NCBI GenBank assembly: GCA_963768855.1
Contig: CAVYJM010000006.1
Span: forward strand, 224,001 to 288,000
DNA: 64,000 bases
Reading direction: 5' to 3'
Source of the DNA: an uncultured Thermoplasmata archaeon
GTDB lineage: Archaea > Thermoplasmatota > Thermoplasmata > RBG-16-68-12
Made by a program: the position numbers and the translations under genes. The notes below the pieces were generated by a model, which worked only from the letters and a program-made list of their open reading frames with translations, was not told where the DNA came from and did not search any database. Below are positions 1 to 11,754 of this stretch, piece after piece; positions within the stretch are counted from its first letter, which is position 1, and each line of letters starts with the position of its first letter.

Positions 1-3000
1 ATCAGCTTCCCTCTTCGAGGCTTCCTCGAGGCGACCCGTCAGTTCCTTCTCCTTCGGCGCGAGGCTCGTCTCGCGCTCCCGGAGTCCTTGCTCGGTCTCC
101 TGGAGTTCGCTTCGCTGGGATTCGAGGTCCGCTGCGGTGCTATCGAGCTCCGCCTGCCTCGTTTCCATGTGGGCCGCCTGCTCCTCGAGGGTGGCTCGCA
201 CTTCCGCGAGATTCCCTTCCCTCTCCCGGAGATCTGTGTCCAGGCGGCGGAGCTTCACGGCATCCGCGTCCATCTTGGTTCGGGCGATGGTGAAGGCGTT
301 GACCATGTCTCCGAAGACGCGGGCACGGGCCTGAAGGTCCGCACGCGACTCGTTCGCGTCGGCGCGGTCGTTCTCCAGGGTCGTCTCCTCGGCGCGGGCC
401 TCCTCGACGCGTTGCTTGACGCGGTCCTCGAGCTTGTCCTGGATGCTGACAAGGAGTCCTCGGGCGAACTCGACCTCTCCGACGTCGGCGGGTCCGACCG
501 CGAGCATGATCAGGGAGAGCATGTCCCCCCGGACGGCGCGCGCATGGTACTTCGACACGCGGACGTCCTTCTCCACGGCGTTGAGGGCTCCCGCCTGGAG
601 GGCCTGGTCATACGTGACCTCACAGGAGGGATCCAGGGTGAATTCCCTGAGCAGCTGTCCGCGTTCGTCCACGAGGAAGGCCTTCGTTGGCCTCCAGCGT
701 CGTCGTTGTACAAACATGGCTACCACCATGAGCAAGCCGATGGGGGGAATGGCAAGGAAGTAGGGAGACTGCCACCACGGGGGAATGGGCGGGGCCGAGA
801 CGGTCACCCGGACGTCCGGGTCCGAGCCGGTCATTGTGAAGACGATGTCGCCCGAGTCGTTGACCGTCCCGTCCGCGAAGTCGGAACTGTCCTTCGTCAC
901 GTGGTACAGGAATCGCGAGGTGTTCCCGCCGATGGTCCACGTGATCGTCTGGGACGTTTCGCTGGACGTGTGCGTCCAGGCGTATTCGGAACCGGGGTTC
1001 CACGAAGTGAAGGCGGAGATCGTGACGAGGGCCGTTGTATCGCTGTTCGTGACCGTGAGTCCGGTGACGTTCACGGTCCCATACGCGATGGTTCCGTTCA
1101 CGGTCAGGCTGTTGAACGCGATGCGGTAGCCGGTCATGGTCAAGATGCCCGAGGCGTTCACGATCAGGCTCATGGCCGTCACTGCGGATGCGAGGGTGAT
1201 GGCCCCCGCGATCGTCAGGGTCGCGAATTGCTGGCCGGCGCCGAGCGTGATGGTCGTGCCGGCGCCGGTGAAGGTCGCGGACGAGCCGGTGGAGGTGAAG
1301 GCCGTCGCGGAGGAGGTGCCCCAGGAGCCTCCGACGGAGATCGTCGCGGAGGCGAAACTGAGGGCCGCGGCGCCGGATGAGGTCAGGTTGTCCTGGAACG
1401 CGACCGTGGCGCCGGTGAGGTTCAGGACCGAGGACCACGTGATGTTCGAGGTGAAGGTCGTCGTAATGCCCGGGTTCACCGTCAGGCTGTTCAGGGGTTG
1501 CGGAACCCGGATCGTCCCGCCGGACGCGTTGACCACGATGACGGAGCTGCCCGCGGTGAAGGCGCCTGCCGAGGTGTCCATCGCCCGGATCGTGAGGACG
1601 CTTCCGTTGGCGAGGAGCGCCCCGCCCGCCCGGACCGCCAAGGTGTCCGCGGTGATTGGGAGGTCCGAGCCTGCGGTGGTCACGGTGGTGGTCCCCGAGC
1701 CGCCTTGGACCGTGAGGGTGTGAACCTGCAAGGCGGAGCCTGTCAGGGTGAAGACGACGGTCGAGGCGCCGCCGTTGAACACGACCGCGTTGAACTCGGG
1801 ACCCGCGAGATTAGTCCCGGCGAAGGTCATCGTCTGGGACGAGGCCGTGTCGAACGTCACGCTTCCTGTACCCGCGGACCACGACGCCGAGGTCGAGCCG
1901 TTCGTCCAGCTTCCCGAGACCGTCCAGGCCTCGGAGCCGAAGGCGATGTACGAGGTGGCCGCGGAGATGTCGACGTTGCCCGTGATTGTGACGTCTCCGG
2001 ACGCGGAGGTCAGGTACCCCCCGGCGAGGGTCAGGTCGCCGTCCACCGTCAGGGGGTTGCTGCCCTTCGCAAGGCCGCCCACAGAGAGCGTCAGGGACGT
2101 CGCCGAGAGTTGCGTCGTCTGGGTGTACGCCCCGGAAAGATTCAGGGTCGCGAAGCTCTGCGCCGCTCCCAATGCGATCGTGCCCGAGGGGGCCGTGAGA
2201 GTCACCGTGGAGGTCCCGGAGCTGAAGGTGGACGCAGGCCCGGAGGTGTCCCAGGATCCCGAGACCGTGATGGATCCCGTCGTCAGGGACAACATGTCTG
2301 CCGCGGCGTCGTTCATGGTCACGGCGGACACGGAGATCGACGCGGTTGTCCCGATGAAGGCTCCGCCTCCGGAAATGACGAGGCTCGCTCCGCCTGTGAC
2401 GTTGTTGCCCGCCGTCGTCAAGGTCCCCGTGATGGCCAGGGAGCTGCTCACATCGATCGCACTGGCCTGTGTGACCGTGCCCGAGATCGTGAGGCTGTAG
2501 AAGCCGTCGGTGGGATCCAGGATCGTCAACGTGCGCGCCGTTCCCGACATGGTCACCGCGCCGGTGCCCTTCGTGAACGTCGAGCCGGATCCGGAGGTGT
2601 CCCAGTTGCCGCTCACCGTCCACGAGCCGGTCGTCATCGTGATTCTTCCGGAGACGCCCCCGGTCATCGTGACGTCGGCGACGGCAACGGCCGAGGCGTC
2701 TGCGGTCAGGATCCCGGAATTGCCGACCGTCAGGGAGCCTCCCGCGAGAGCGAGGTCCGCGGTCGCCAGGGTCGTGATCGAGCCCGCCGGATCTTGGATC
2801 GTCAGGGTGCCGCTCCACTTCAGGGAGTTGGCGCCGATTGTGAACGTGACCGCGCCGCTGACCGCGGTCGAGGCGAACGTGACGTTGTTGAACTCCTTGC
2901 CGCTGAAGCCCCCTAGGCTCATCGTCTGGGGCGTCGCGGAATTGAACACGACGGTCCCCGTGCCCGCACCCCAGTTCGCCGAGGTGCTGCCGTTGGACCA

Positions 3001-6000
3001 GGAACCGCTGAACGTCCACGTCCCGCTGCCCATCCGGAAGTAGGCCGTGGCGCTCGTGATCGAGGTGTTCCCTCCGATGCTCACCAGGGAGGCGGCCCCG
3101 GAACCGTCGAGGACCGCCGTGTCCGAGACGGTCAGGTTGCCCGTGACCGTGAGCCCGGCGCCGGCGGACGTTCCCACGGTGAGGTTCCCGCCCGCCAGCG
3201 TGAGGTTCCCGCCGACCGTGAAGTTGAATGTGCCGACCGCGATCGTTCCCGCCCATCCCGTGGTGCTCAGGGAGGCCATCGTGGCGTTCTGGTCGACCGT
3301 GACCGTACCGCCTCCGGAGTTCGCATCGAAGAAGGTCGCGCTCGCTCCGCCTGGAGCCGGGCAGCCTCCTGCGCCTCCCGAGGTGGCGGACCAGTGCGCC
3401 GAGTCGGACCAGTTGCCCGCGCCGCCGACCCAGTAGCGGGTTCCGCCGCATGGCGCGGCGATGATCACGTCGACCACGGGGTCGGACCCGAGCATGGTGA
3501 AGACCACCTGGCCCGAGCCATCCACCATGCCCGTCGTGAACGCCGTGCCATCCTTCGTGACGTTGAAGCGGTACCCGCTCGTGTTCCCGCCGATTGTAAA
3601 GGTGAGCGTCGACGTCCCGACGGTCGAGGCGTCCGTCCATCGGAACTCGCCGTCCAGAACCCACACGGAGAAGACGCTGACCGTCGTGAGATTGGTCGGA
3701 TCACTGTTCGTGATCGTCAGGTTGACCACGGTGACGACGCCGTCCACAATGCTCCCGGTCCCGGTCTCCGCGAGCCCGTTGAAGGTGAGGTTCTGTCCCG
3801 TCTTCGTCAGAACGGCCCCGTCTGTGATGCTCAGCGTCGCGAGGGCGGTCACGGTGGAACCAAGAGACGCCGTCCCACCGATCGTGAGATCATAGAACGC
3901 CTGCCCCGCCGCGAGGCGGATGGTCGCGGAGGTCCCGAGGAACGTCACCGTGGAGGTTCCGGCGGAGAAGGCCGAGCCGGCGCCCGAGGTGTCCCAGCTA
4001 CCGCCCACGCTCCATGACCCGGTGGTCACCGCGATCGTTCCGGAGGTTCCTCCGATCATCGACACGGCCGTGACGCTGACCGCCGACGCGTTTGAGGTCA
4101 GGATGCCTCCGTTGCCGAGGCTTATCATCCCGCCCGTCAATCCGAGATCGTTCGTGGCGAGGGTCGTGGTCCCGCTTCCTCCCACGATCGTGAAGATTTC
4201 CGCCCACACCACGCCGTTGCCGGCCATGGTGAACGTGACGGTGGAGGCGCCGCTGCTGAAGGTGAGGTTGTAGAACTCGGCTGCACCCCCGGGAAGTGAC
4301 GCGAACCGCATCGTCTGGGACGATGCCGAGGTGAAGGTCACCGTGGCTGTCCCCGCAGACCAGCTGGCGGAGGTCGAGTTGTTCGTCCACGATCCGCTCA
4401 CGGTCCACGTCTCCGATCCGAAGGCGATGTACGAGGATGCGGCGGAGACGGTCACGTTCCCCGCGATGCTGACCGCCCCGGACACGGACGTCAGCGCGCC
4501 TCCGGACAGGATGAGCCCGGCATTCGCGGTCAAAGCGTTCGCACCCTTCACGAACGTTCCGCCGGACAGGGTGAGCAGCCCGTTCGTGGTGAGCGGGCCC
4601 AGGAGGGTCCGCGTGCCCCCGCTGATCGTGACGGCGGCGAGGGCGGCACCCGCCCCGAGGTTGAGGCTGCCGGTGCTCGAGAACGTCACCGAGGAGCCCG
4701 TCCCGGTGAAGCCGGTCGCGGAGGATGTGTCCCAGCTGCCGGTGCTCATCGTGATGGTCGCGGACGCAAAGGTGAGGGTCGCGGCCCCGCTGGAGGTGAG
4801 GTCATTCGTCCCGAAGCTGATGATCGCGCTCGTCAGGGTGAGGGTCCCGCTCCATGCGAGCGGACCGCTAAACGTGGTGGAGATGCCCGGATTGACTGTG
4901 AGGTTGTTGGCGGTCTGCGTGAGGTTGATCGTCCCGCCCGAGGCGATCACGACCACGGTCGATGTACCGACATCGAACGTTCCCAGGTGGGTGTCGATGG
5001 AGGTGACGGTGATCGTGCACCCGTTCGCGGTCAGGGCCCCCGTGCTCGCGAGGACAAGTGCGACGGCCGCAATCGGGAGATTGGATCCGGAGGTGCTCAG
5101 GATCGTGTTCCCCGTCGGGCTCGCCGTGGAGTTCTGCACGGTGAGGGTGCCGCCCGCCCGGAGTCCGTTGGTCGCCAGGGTGTACGTGACACCGCCCGCC
5201 ACGCTCGCGTCGAATGTGACATTGCCGGCGAACTCCAGCGGCAGGTTCCCGAACGTCATCGTCTGAGATGTGTTGGATCGGAACGTGATCGAGGCCCCGA
5301 AGCTCCACGATGCCGACGTCGAGGAATCCGTCCAGGTGCCGTTCGTGACCGTCCAGGACCCGGCAGGCGACGAGGTGACGTATCCCGACCCGTTGTTCAC
5401 GGTGACGTTGCCCGTCACGATGACGAGGGATGCGTTCGACTTGAGGATTCCCGCGGCTCCGCTCACCGTGAGGCCCGCGCCGGCCGTGAGGGAGTAGTTC
5501 GCGGCGGTCGTGTCGAGCGTGCCGACGACGGTCAGCAGTCCGTTCGCGGTGAACTGGCTGCCGAGCGAATAGCTGCCCGATACGGTGACCGTCGAGAAGC
5601 TTTGCGAAGCCGCAGCCGTTACGGTCTTTCCTGCACCGGTGAAGGAGACGGTCGAGCCCGTTGACGTGAATGCAGTTACCGTGGACGTGTTCCAGTTGCC
5701 CGCGATGTTGACCGTTGCGTTGCTGATCGCGAGCGTCGCGGGACCCGAGGACGTGAGGTCGGAGTTGAACGTCGAGGTGGCCCCGGTGAGGGTCAGGACG
5801 CCCGACCAGCTGATCGCCGACGTGAACGTCGTGCTGACGCCTGGGCTCACGGTCAGGCCGCTCAACGTCTGCGGGACGTTGACCGTCCCGCCGGAGCCAC
5901 CGACGACGAGGGTGGACGTCCCCGGCGCAAAAGTCCCCAAGTGCGTGTCGATGGACGTGATGGTGATTGTGGACCCGTTGGCCGTGAGCGCCCCGCCCGC

Positions 6001-9000
6001 AACGACATTGAGCGCGGTGGCGCTGATGGCAAGGTTGGAAACGCTCGTGTTCAAGGTGGTGACCGAGGCGCCGCCGCCGAGGGTGAGCGTTCCGGCGATC
6101 GTCATTCCCCTTGCGGCCAGGGTGAAGGTGACCGCTGACGGCCCCGAGTTGAACGTCACGTTGTTGAGCTCGTTCCCGCTGAGGTTGGAGCCCGCGAACG
6201 TCATCGTCTGGGCCGATGCCGCGTTGAACAGGACCGTCCCGCCTCCGGGATTCCACGACGCCGAAGTGCTGGCGTTCGTCCAAGTCCCCGCAATCGTCCA
6301 GGACTCGGACCCGAAGGAGATGTACGAGGCGGGGGACGAGATGTTCACGTTGCCCGTCACCGTCACGCTCCCCGAGGAGGACGTGATGGCCCCGCCTCCG
6401 AGGGTCACGTTGCCGTTGATGGTGAGGACGTTCGTCCCCTTCGCGAGCGTCCCTCCATTCACGTTCAACGCGGCGGCGGTGATCGCGCTTCCAGCGGTCG
6501 CCGTGCCCGCGGAGATCGTCAGGATGTTGAATGCCTGGGCGCCGCCGAGCGTGATCGTCCCAGAGGCCGCGAAGCTGACCGTAGAGGTGTTCGGGTTGAA
6601 CGCCGCCCCTGCGGCGGTCGACGTCCAGTTGCCGTATACCGTAATGACACTCCCGTTGGCGGTCAACGTGCCGTTCGTCCCGAGGGTGAGGCTTCCGGCG
6701 GTGATGGTCAACGCGGCTCCGGAGGTGTTGAGGACCGTGTTGGCCGTCGGCGTTGCATTGGAGTTGAGAATCAGGAGCGCGCCGGCGATTCTCAGACCGT
6801 TCGTCACCATCGTGTACGCGACGCCGGCTGCAGCCGCGCTATCGAGGGTGAGGTTGTTGAACTCGTTCCCAGCCAGGTTGGTCCCGGCGAAGGTCATCGT
6901 CGCCGCGGAGGCGTCATTGAAGAGGATCGTTCCCGTCCCCGCTGACCAGGAAGCGGACGTGCTCAGGTTAGCCCACGAGCCGCCGATCGTCCAGGTCTCC
7001 GAGCCGAAGGCGATGTACGAGGCGGGGGAGGAGATGCTGACGTTTCCCGTGACGGTCCCAGACCCGGATGTGGAGGTCAGTGCTCCCCCGGACAGGGTGA
7101 GGGCGCCCGCAGCCAAGGTGAAGGTCCCCTTCGCAAGGAGGCCGGCCGACACGGTCAGGGTCGCCGTCACGGTGGTGTTGGCGGCGAGCGTCGCGGTCCC
7201 GGCCGACACGGTCAGGTTGTTGAAGGCCTGGGTCATGTTGATGGCCGCGGCGGCGGTGAAAGCGACCGTACTCGTCGCGGCGGTGAACGTGGCGTTCGCC
7301 GCGGTCACCGTCCAGTTGCCGCCGACGCTGATCGTGGATCCATTTGCCCGTAGCGTCCCGTTCGTCCCGATCGTCACGGATCCTGCGGCGATGCCCAGGT
7401 CGGCGCCCGAGGTGTCGAGGATCGTGTTCCCCGTGGGACCGACGACCGAATTGCGGATGGACAGGAGTCCGGACAGGGTGAGGCCGTTCCCGGCCATCGT
7501 GTAGGTGACGCCCGCGACCGCCGTCGTGTCGAAGGTGACTGCGCCTCCGATCCGTCCCGCTCACCTTGAACGTCATCGTCTGGCTGCTCGCGCTGCGGAA
7601 CGTGATGGGGGCGGGGAACGACCAAGAGGCCGAGGTCGTAGCGTTGGTCCACGAGCCGGTGACGGTCCACGCCCCGGCCCCCGTGCTGGTGATGTACCCG
7701 CTCGCGGCGACGCTCACGTTCCCATTCGCAGCGACGGCCGCGCCCCTCGAGGTGTAGGCTCCCAGGGCTCCGAGGCTCAGGCCGCCCAGAGTGGAACCGT
7801 AGTTCGTGGCGGTTGCGTCCAAGGCAACCACGCCGGTCGCGCCCGCTGCGGTGTTCCGAACCGTCAGGGTCCCGGCCGCCTGGAGCGCGTTGACCTGGGC
7901 ATAGGTGAAGCCGCCGACGACCGAGGAGTCGAGGACGAGGTTGTTGAACTCGCTCCCCGTCGCGGTCCAGAAGGTGAGCGTGGTGGCTCCGGAATCCACG
8001 ATCCGCACGGTTGACGAGGAGACGGACCAGCTGGCGGGGACTGAGATGTTGCTGTTCGTCCACGATCCGTTGATCGTCCAGGTCCCGGCTCCCGTGAACC
8101 GGACCGCCCCTCCGGCCGCGATCGTAACGTTCCCTGAAGTCGTGGCCATGCTCGCCTCCAGGTTCAGGACGCCGCTCGCGCCGATCGAGAGCGTGGATTG
8201 AAGGGTGAGGGTGAAGTTCGAACCCGAGGTGTCCAGGGTGCCGTTCACGGACGTGGCGCCCGACACGGTGACGTTCGAGCCCAGGGTGGTCGTCCCCGCG
8301 TTCTGGGTCAGGGTGTTGAAGGACTCGCCGACGCTCATCGTGAGCGTCCCGCTCGCGCCGAACACGACGGTCGAGGTCCCTTTGTTCCACACATGGTTGG
8401 CGGCGGTGGACGTCCAAGAGCCGTTGACCGTAATCGTGGAGCCGTTCGCGGTCAGGGTTCCGCGGCTGCCGAGGACAAGCCCTCCGGACGTGAGGGGGAG
8501 ATTCGAGGCGCCCGTCGTCAGGACCGTGTTTCCCGTGGGCGTGGCCGCAGTGTTCACGACTGTCAGGGTCCCCGCAATCCGGAGACCGTTCGTCGCCATC
8601 GTATAGGTCATGCCTGCGGCGGTCGTCGTGTCGAAGACCACGTTGTTGGCCTCGTTCGCTCCGAGGTTGGCAAAGGCCATCGTCGCGTTCGCGGGGGCCC
8701 GGAACGTGAGCGTGCCGGTCCCTGCCGACCAGTCGGCGCTGTCTGCGGTGTTGTTGGTCCACGAGCCCGCGATGGTCCATGCCGCGCTCCCGAGCACGAG
8801 ATAGGAGTTCGCGTCCGAGACGAGCACGGCTCCACTGATCGTGACGACGGATCCTTCGGATCTCAGGGCGCCTCGGGGGTTACCGAGGGTGAGTGACCCT
8901 GCGCTGAGGTTGTAGCTGCCCGCGGACGTGTCGAGGATTGTGGCGGCGGTGGCGCCCGCCGCCGTGTTCCGGATGGTTAGGGCGCCCCCGATCTTGAGGG

Positions 9001-11488
9001 AGGCATCCCCCGTGGCACCGGCCGCCATCATGTAGGTGATGCCGCCGGTCGACGTCGTGTCGAACGTCACAGCGCCGCCAAACTCGTTGCCCGCGAGATT
9101 CGAGCCGGTGAAGGTCATCGTTTTCGAAGCGGCAGCGCGGAAGGTCACCGCCGCCGCGAAGGACCAGGAGGCGGACGTGGTCCGGTCCGTCCAGAGGCCT
9201 GTGATGGCCCACGAGCCTCCCGTGTTCGTGATGTAGGCACTCGTCGCACCGATTGTGGCGTCGCCGTTGAGGGTGATCGTCGAAGCCCGCGTGTTGAATG
9301 CGCCCAAGGCGGATTCGGTCAGTCCGCCGGCCGTGACGGCGAGATTCCCCGCGGAAGTGTCCAGGATGACGGGCCCCGTCGCTCCCCCTGCGGTGTTCTG
9401 GACCGTCAGGACGCCACCGAGGTCCAGCGGGTTCGTCACCATCGTGTACGTGACGCCAGCCGCGGCGGTCGTGTCGAACGTCACGGCGCCGCCAAACTCG
9501 TTGCCCGCCTGGGCTCCAAAGGTCATCGTCTGGGCTGCCCCGGAGCGGAACGTGATCGGGGCGACGAAGGACCACGAGGCCGACGTGGACGTGTCCGTCC
9601 AGGATCCGGTGACTGTCCACGCGCCTCCCGCGTTCGCCACGGAGCCGGTGGCGGCGGAGACGTTGACGTTCCCGTTGACGGTGACGCGGAGGACTCCGAA
9701 TTGAACGCCCCCAGGTCGCGACCGTGAGCGCGCCTGCCGTGACGACCAAGTTGGAGGTGGACGTGTCCAGTCGCGTGGCCCCCGTGGCTCCGGCCGTGGA
9801 GTTGCGGAGAATCAGGGTGCCGGCCATCCGCAGTCCGTTCGTGGCCATCGTGTACGTCAGGCCGGCCGCGACACTCGCGTCCAGAGTGAGGTTGTTGAAC
9901 TCGTTCGTCGCGCCCGCTAGGTTGGCGAAGGTCAGCGTGCCGCTCCCGGCGTCCCGGATCGTGACCGTCCCGGTCCCCGCCGACCATGTGGCCGACGTGG
10001 AGTTGTTCGTCCACGTCCCGCTGATGGTCCAAGCGGACGTGCTCATCGTCACCACGGTTGCGGCGCCGAGGATCGTGACATTGCTGGAGATCGTGACGGT
10101 CGATCCCGGGGCAGGAAGGTTCCCTGGATCGTGAACGCGCCGTTCACGGTGAGGGGCCAGTTGTTGGCATTCGTCGTGTCGAGGGTTCCCGTGAAGCCCG
10201 TCATGTCGAGGCCGGCAATCGTGGTCGCCGCCGCGAGCGTCGTCGTCCCTGTCGGACTCGCGTTGAAGATGGCCAAGTCTGTCGCGGTCGGCGTGCATCC
10301 GCAGGATGCGCCACCGGAGGAGTTGGACCAATTTGCCGGGTTGCTCCACGCTCCACCCGCGCCGATCCGATAGCAGTTCGCTCCGCCGATGCTGCCGCAC
10401 GTCGGGGTGGCCACCACTTCCACCGCGGAGACGACCCACGTCGTCGCCGCGTTGGTCCAGGTGACCGCGGTCCCCGGGTTCGGGATGTCGGCGCCGGCGG
10501 CACATTCGTTGGAGCCCCCCCCTCCCGTGCAGTGCTGGATCGCCACGCCATACAGATCGGTCGCGGCCGCTCCGGTCCCAGTCACCGCGGTTGGCGGTAT
10601 GCCACCGCCTCCCTGCTGGATTGCCGCCACGGCGACGCCCAGGTTTCCGATCGAGATGGCTGACGTGAAGGTGATTGCCGCGTTGGTGGCCGTGTCCGTG
10701 TCGCTCGTTCCATTGATGAACGAACCGCTGGCCTTGACGCCTTGGAGGAGGATCGTGGCGCAGGACATCCTCGCGACTTGGCCTCCGGAAAGCGTGGCCG
10801 TCATCGTCTGGGCGCCGACCGGCACGCTGCCTGCGAACCCCCAGATCTCAGTCCTGACGAAGGTGCCGCCGTTCGCATCCGTGCTGGCTACGAGCGTGAG
10901 GCTGGCCGATCCGTACGTTACCGAGAGAAGAGTGAACGTCCCGCGTTCAGAGAGCATCACGAGGATCGCGTTGTCCGAGACCGCGGCGGTCTGGGATGTC
11001 GTACAGGTGTTCGTAGCCACGGTCACGTCGGTCACGGTCGTGCTGTCGACGACCACGGCCGCCCGCGCATCCCAGGTGAACAGGCCGAACACCCAGGCCG
11101 TGGCGGAGCGGACGGCTGCGCCCCAGTCGACCGGCGGGAACCACCGGTCGATGGCGTGGGCCACGCCTGCCGCGAGGGACTCCGGCTCCTGGCTCGGATG
11201 GGTGAATACGTTCAGGTTGGGCTGGAGATACCCCCTCTCGGCAAGCTGCATGGTCGGATACGAGGACCGAGCGGGTCCGAAGTACGTCAGATTCCAGAAC
11301 GGTTGCAGATCGTTGCCGCCGAACAGGAGGCGCTGGAGTTCGGGAGTGAGGGCGTGACCCGGGATGTGGAGGCTCCCGTCCGGCGCGCGATACGGAGCCA
11401 GCGGGTCCGTAGAAACGTGACTTACGAGTGCAAGTCCGGCCGTCGCCAAGAGGATGCAGGCGAGGAACGCCGCGCTCGCGGGTCTCAC
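1..11488 (-). CDS. Giant membrane-anchored beta-helical surface protein/adhesin (>3,800 aa) with cytoplasmic longin-like domain and coiled coil; runs off the left edge; interrupted by frameshifts near 10115, 9718, 9686 and 7550
   Basis: Stitched from minus ORFs 10049..11578, 8880..10505 (part), 6968..9640 and an unlisted open frame ~7550 to <1. That frame was translated at several points, and its continuity is inferred from the constant frame of the plus-strand shadow ORFs. N-terminal hydrophobic stretch VRPASAAFLACILLATAGLALV (GTG 11488). Thr/Gly/Asn-rich repeats (WTxxGxWTxxxxSASWS, NEFGGAVTFDTT, NEFNNL). Two Trp motifs (RYWVGGAGNWSDSAHWS ~3430; YRIGAGGAWSNPANWS ~10350). TM PWWQSPYFLAIPPIGLLMVVAMFV followed by QRRRWR at ~690-775, then EREGNLAEVRATLEEQ-type heptads. 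Confidence 0.85.
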
Positions 11489-11692
11489 GGGACCACCGCG
11501 CTCTCGAGAGCCGATCCGCCTGCGTTGACCCGGCCGTCCAGCGTCGTACGGCGGAGCTCGGTAGGGCGCGCGCTCCATCGGGCCAGGATGCGATGTACCT
11601 GAGTACGCGACTGGGAATGCATGGTCGCCGTTCCCCGGCCGCGACGAGTTGTCGCCTGCGGCGGAATCGGGAAAAACGACCTCTTTCGGACC

Positions 11693-11699
11693 TATTTAA
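11693..11699 (-). promoter_or_regulatory. TATA box upstream of the giant surface protein gene
   Basis: Minus strand CTTAAATAGG in an otherwise GC-rich intergenic region; the same motif precedes the SRP RNA. Confidence 0.5.
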
Positions 11700-11754
11700 G
11701 AGAAGTCGGGTGGTTATCTGACCTGATTCCCTAGGGACGCGGGGAGGGTCCCGA

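Noticed and set aside
7540-10125. Programmed ribosomal frameshifting in the giant gene
   Set aside because: No slippery heptamers seen; four sites all fixed by adding bases in short runs, typical of sequencing deletions.
88-10134. Many long plus-strand ORFs (e.g. 88..1380, 1498..2916, 5585..7504)
   Set aside because: Antisense shadows of the giant minus-strand gene; R/G/D/H-rich or V/T/P-rich, with no motifs.
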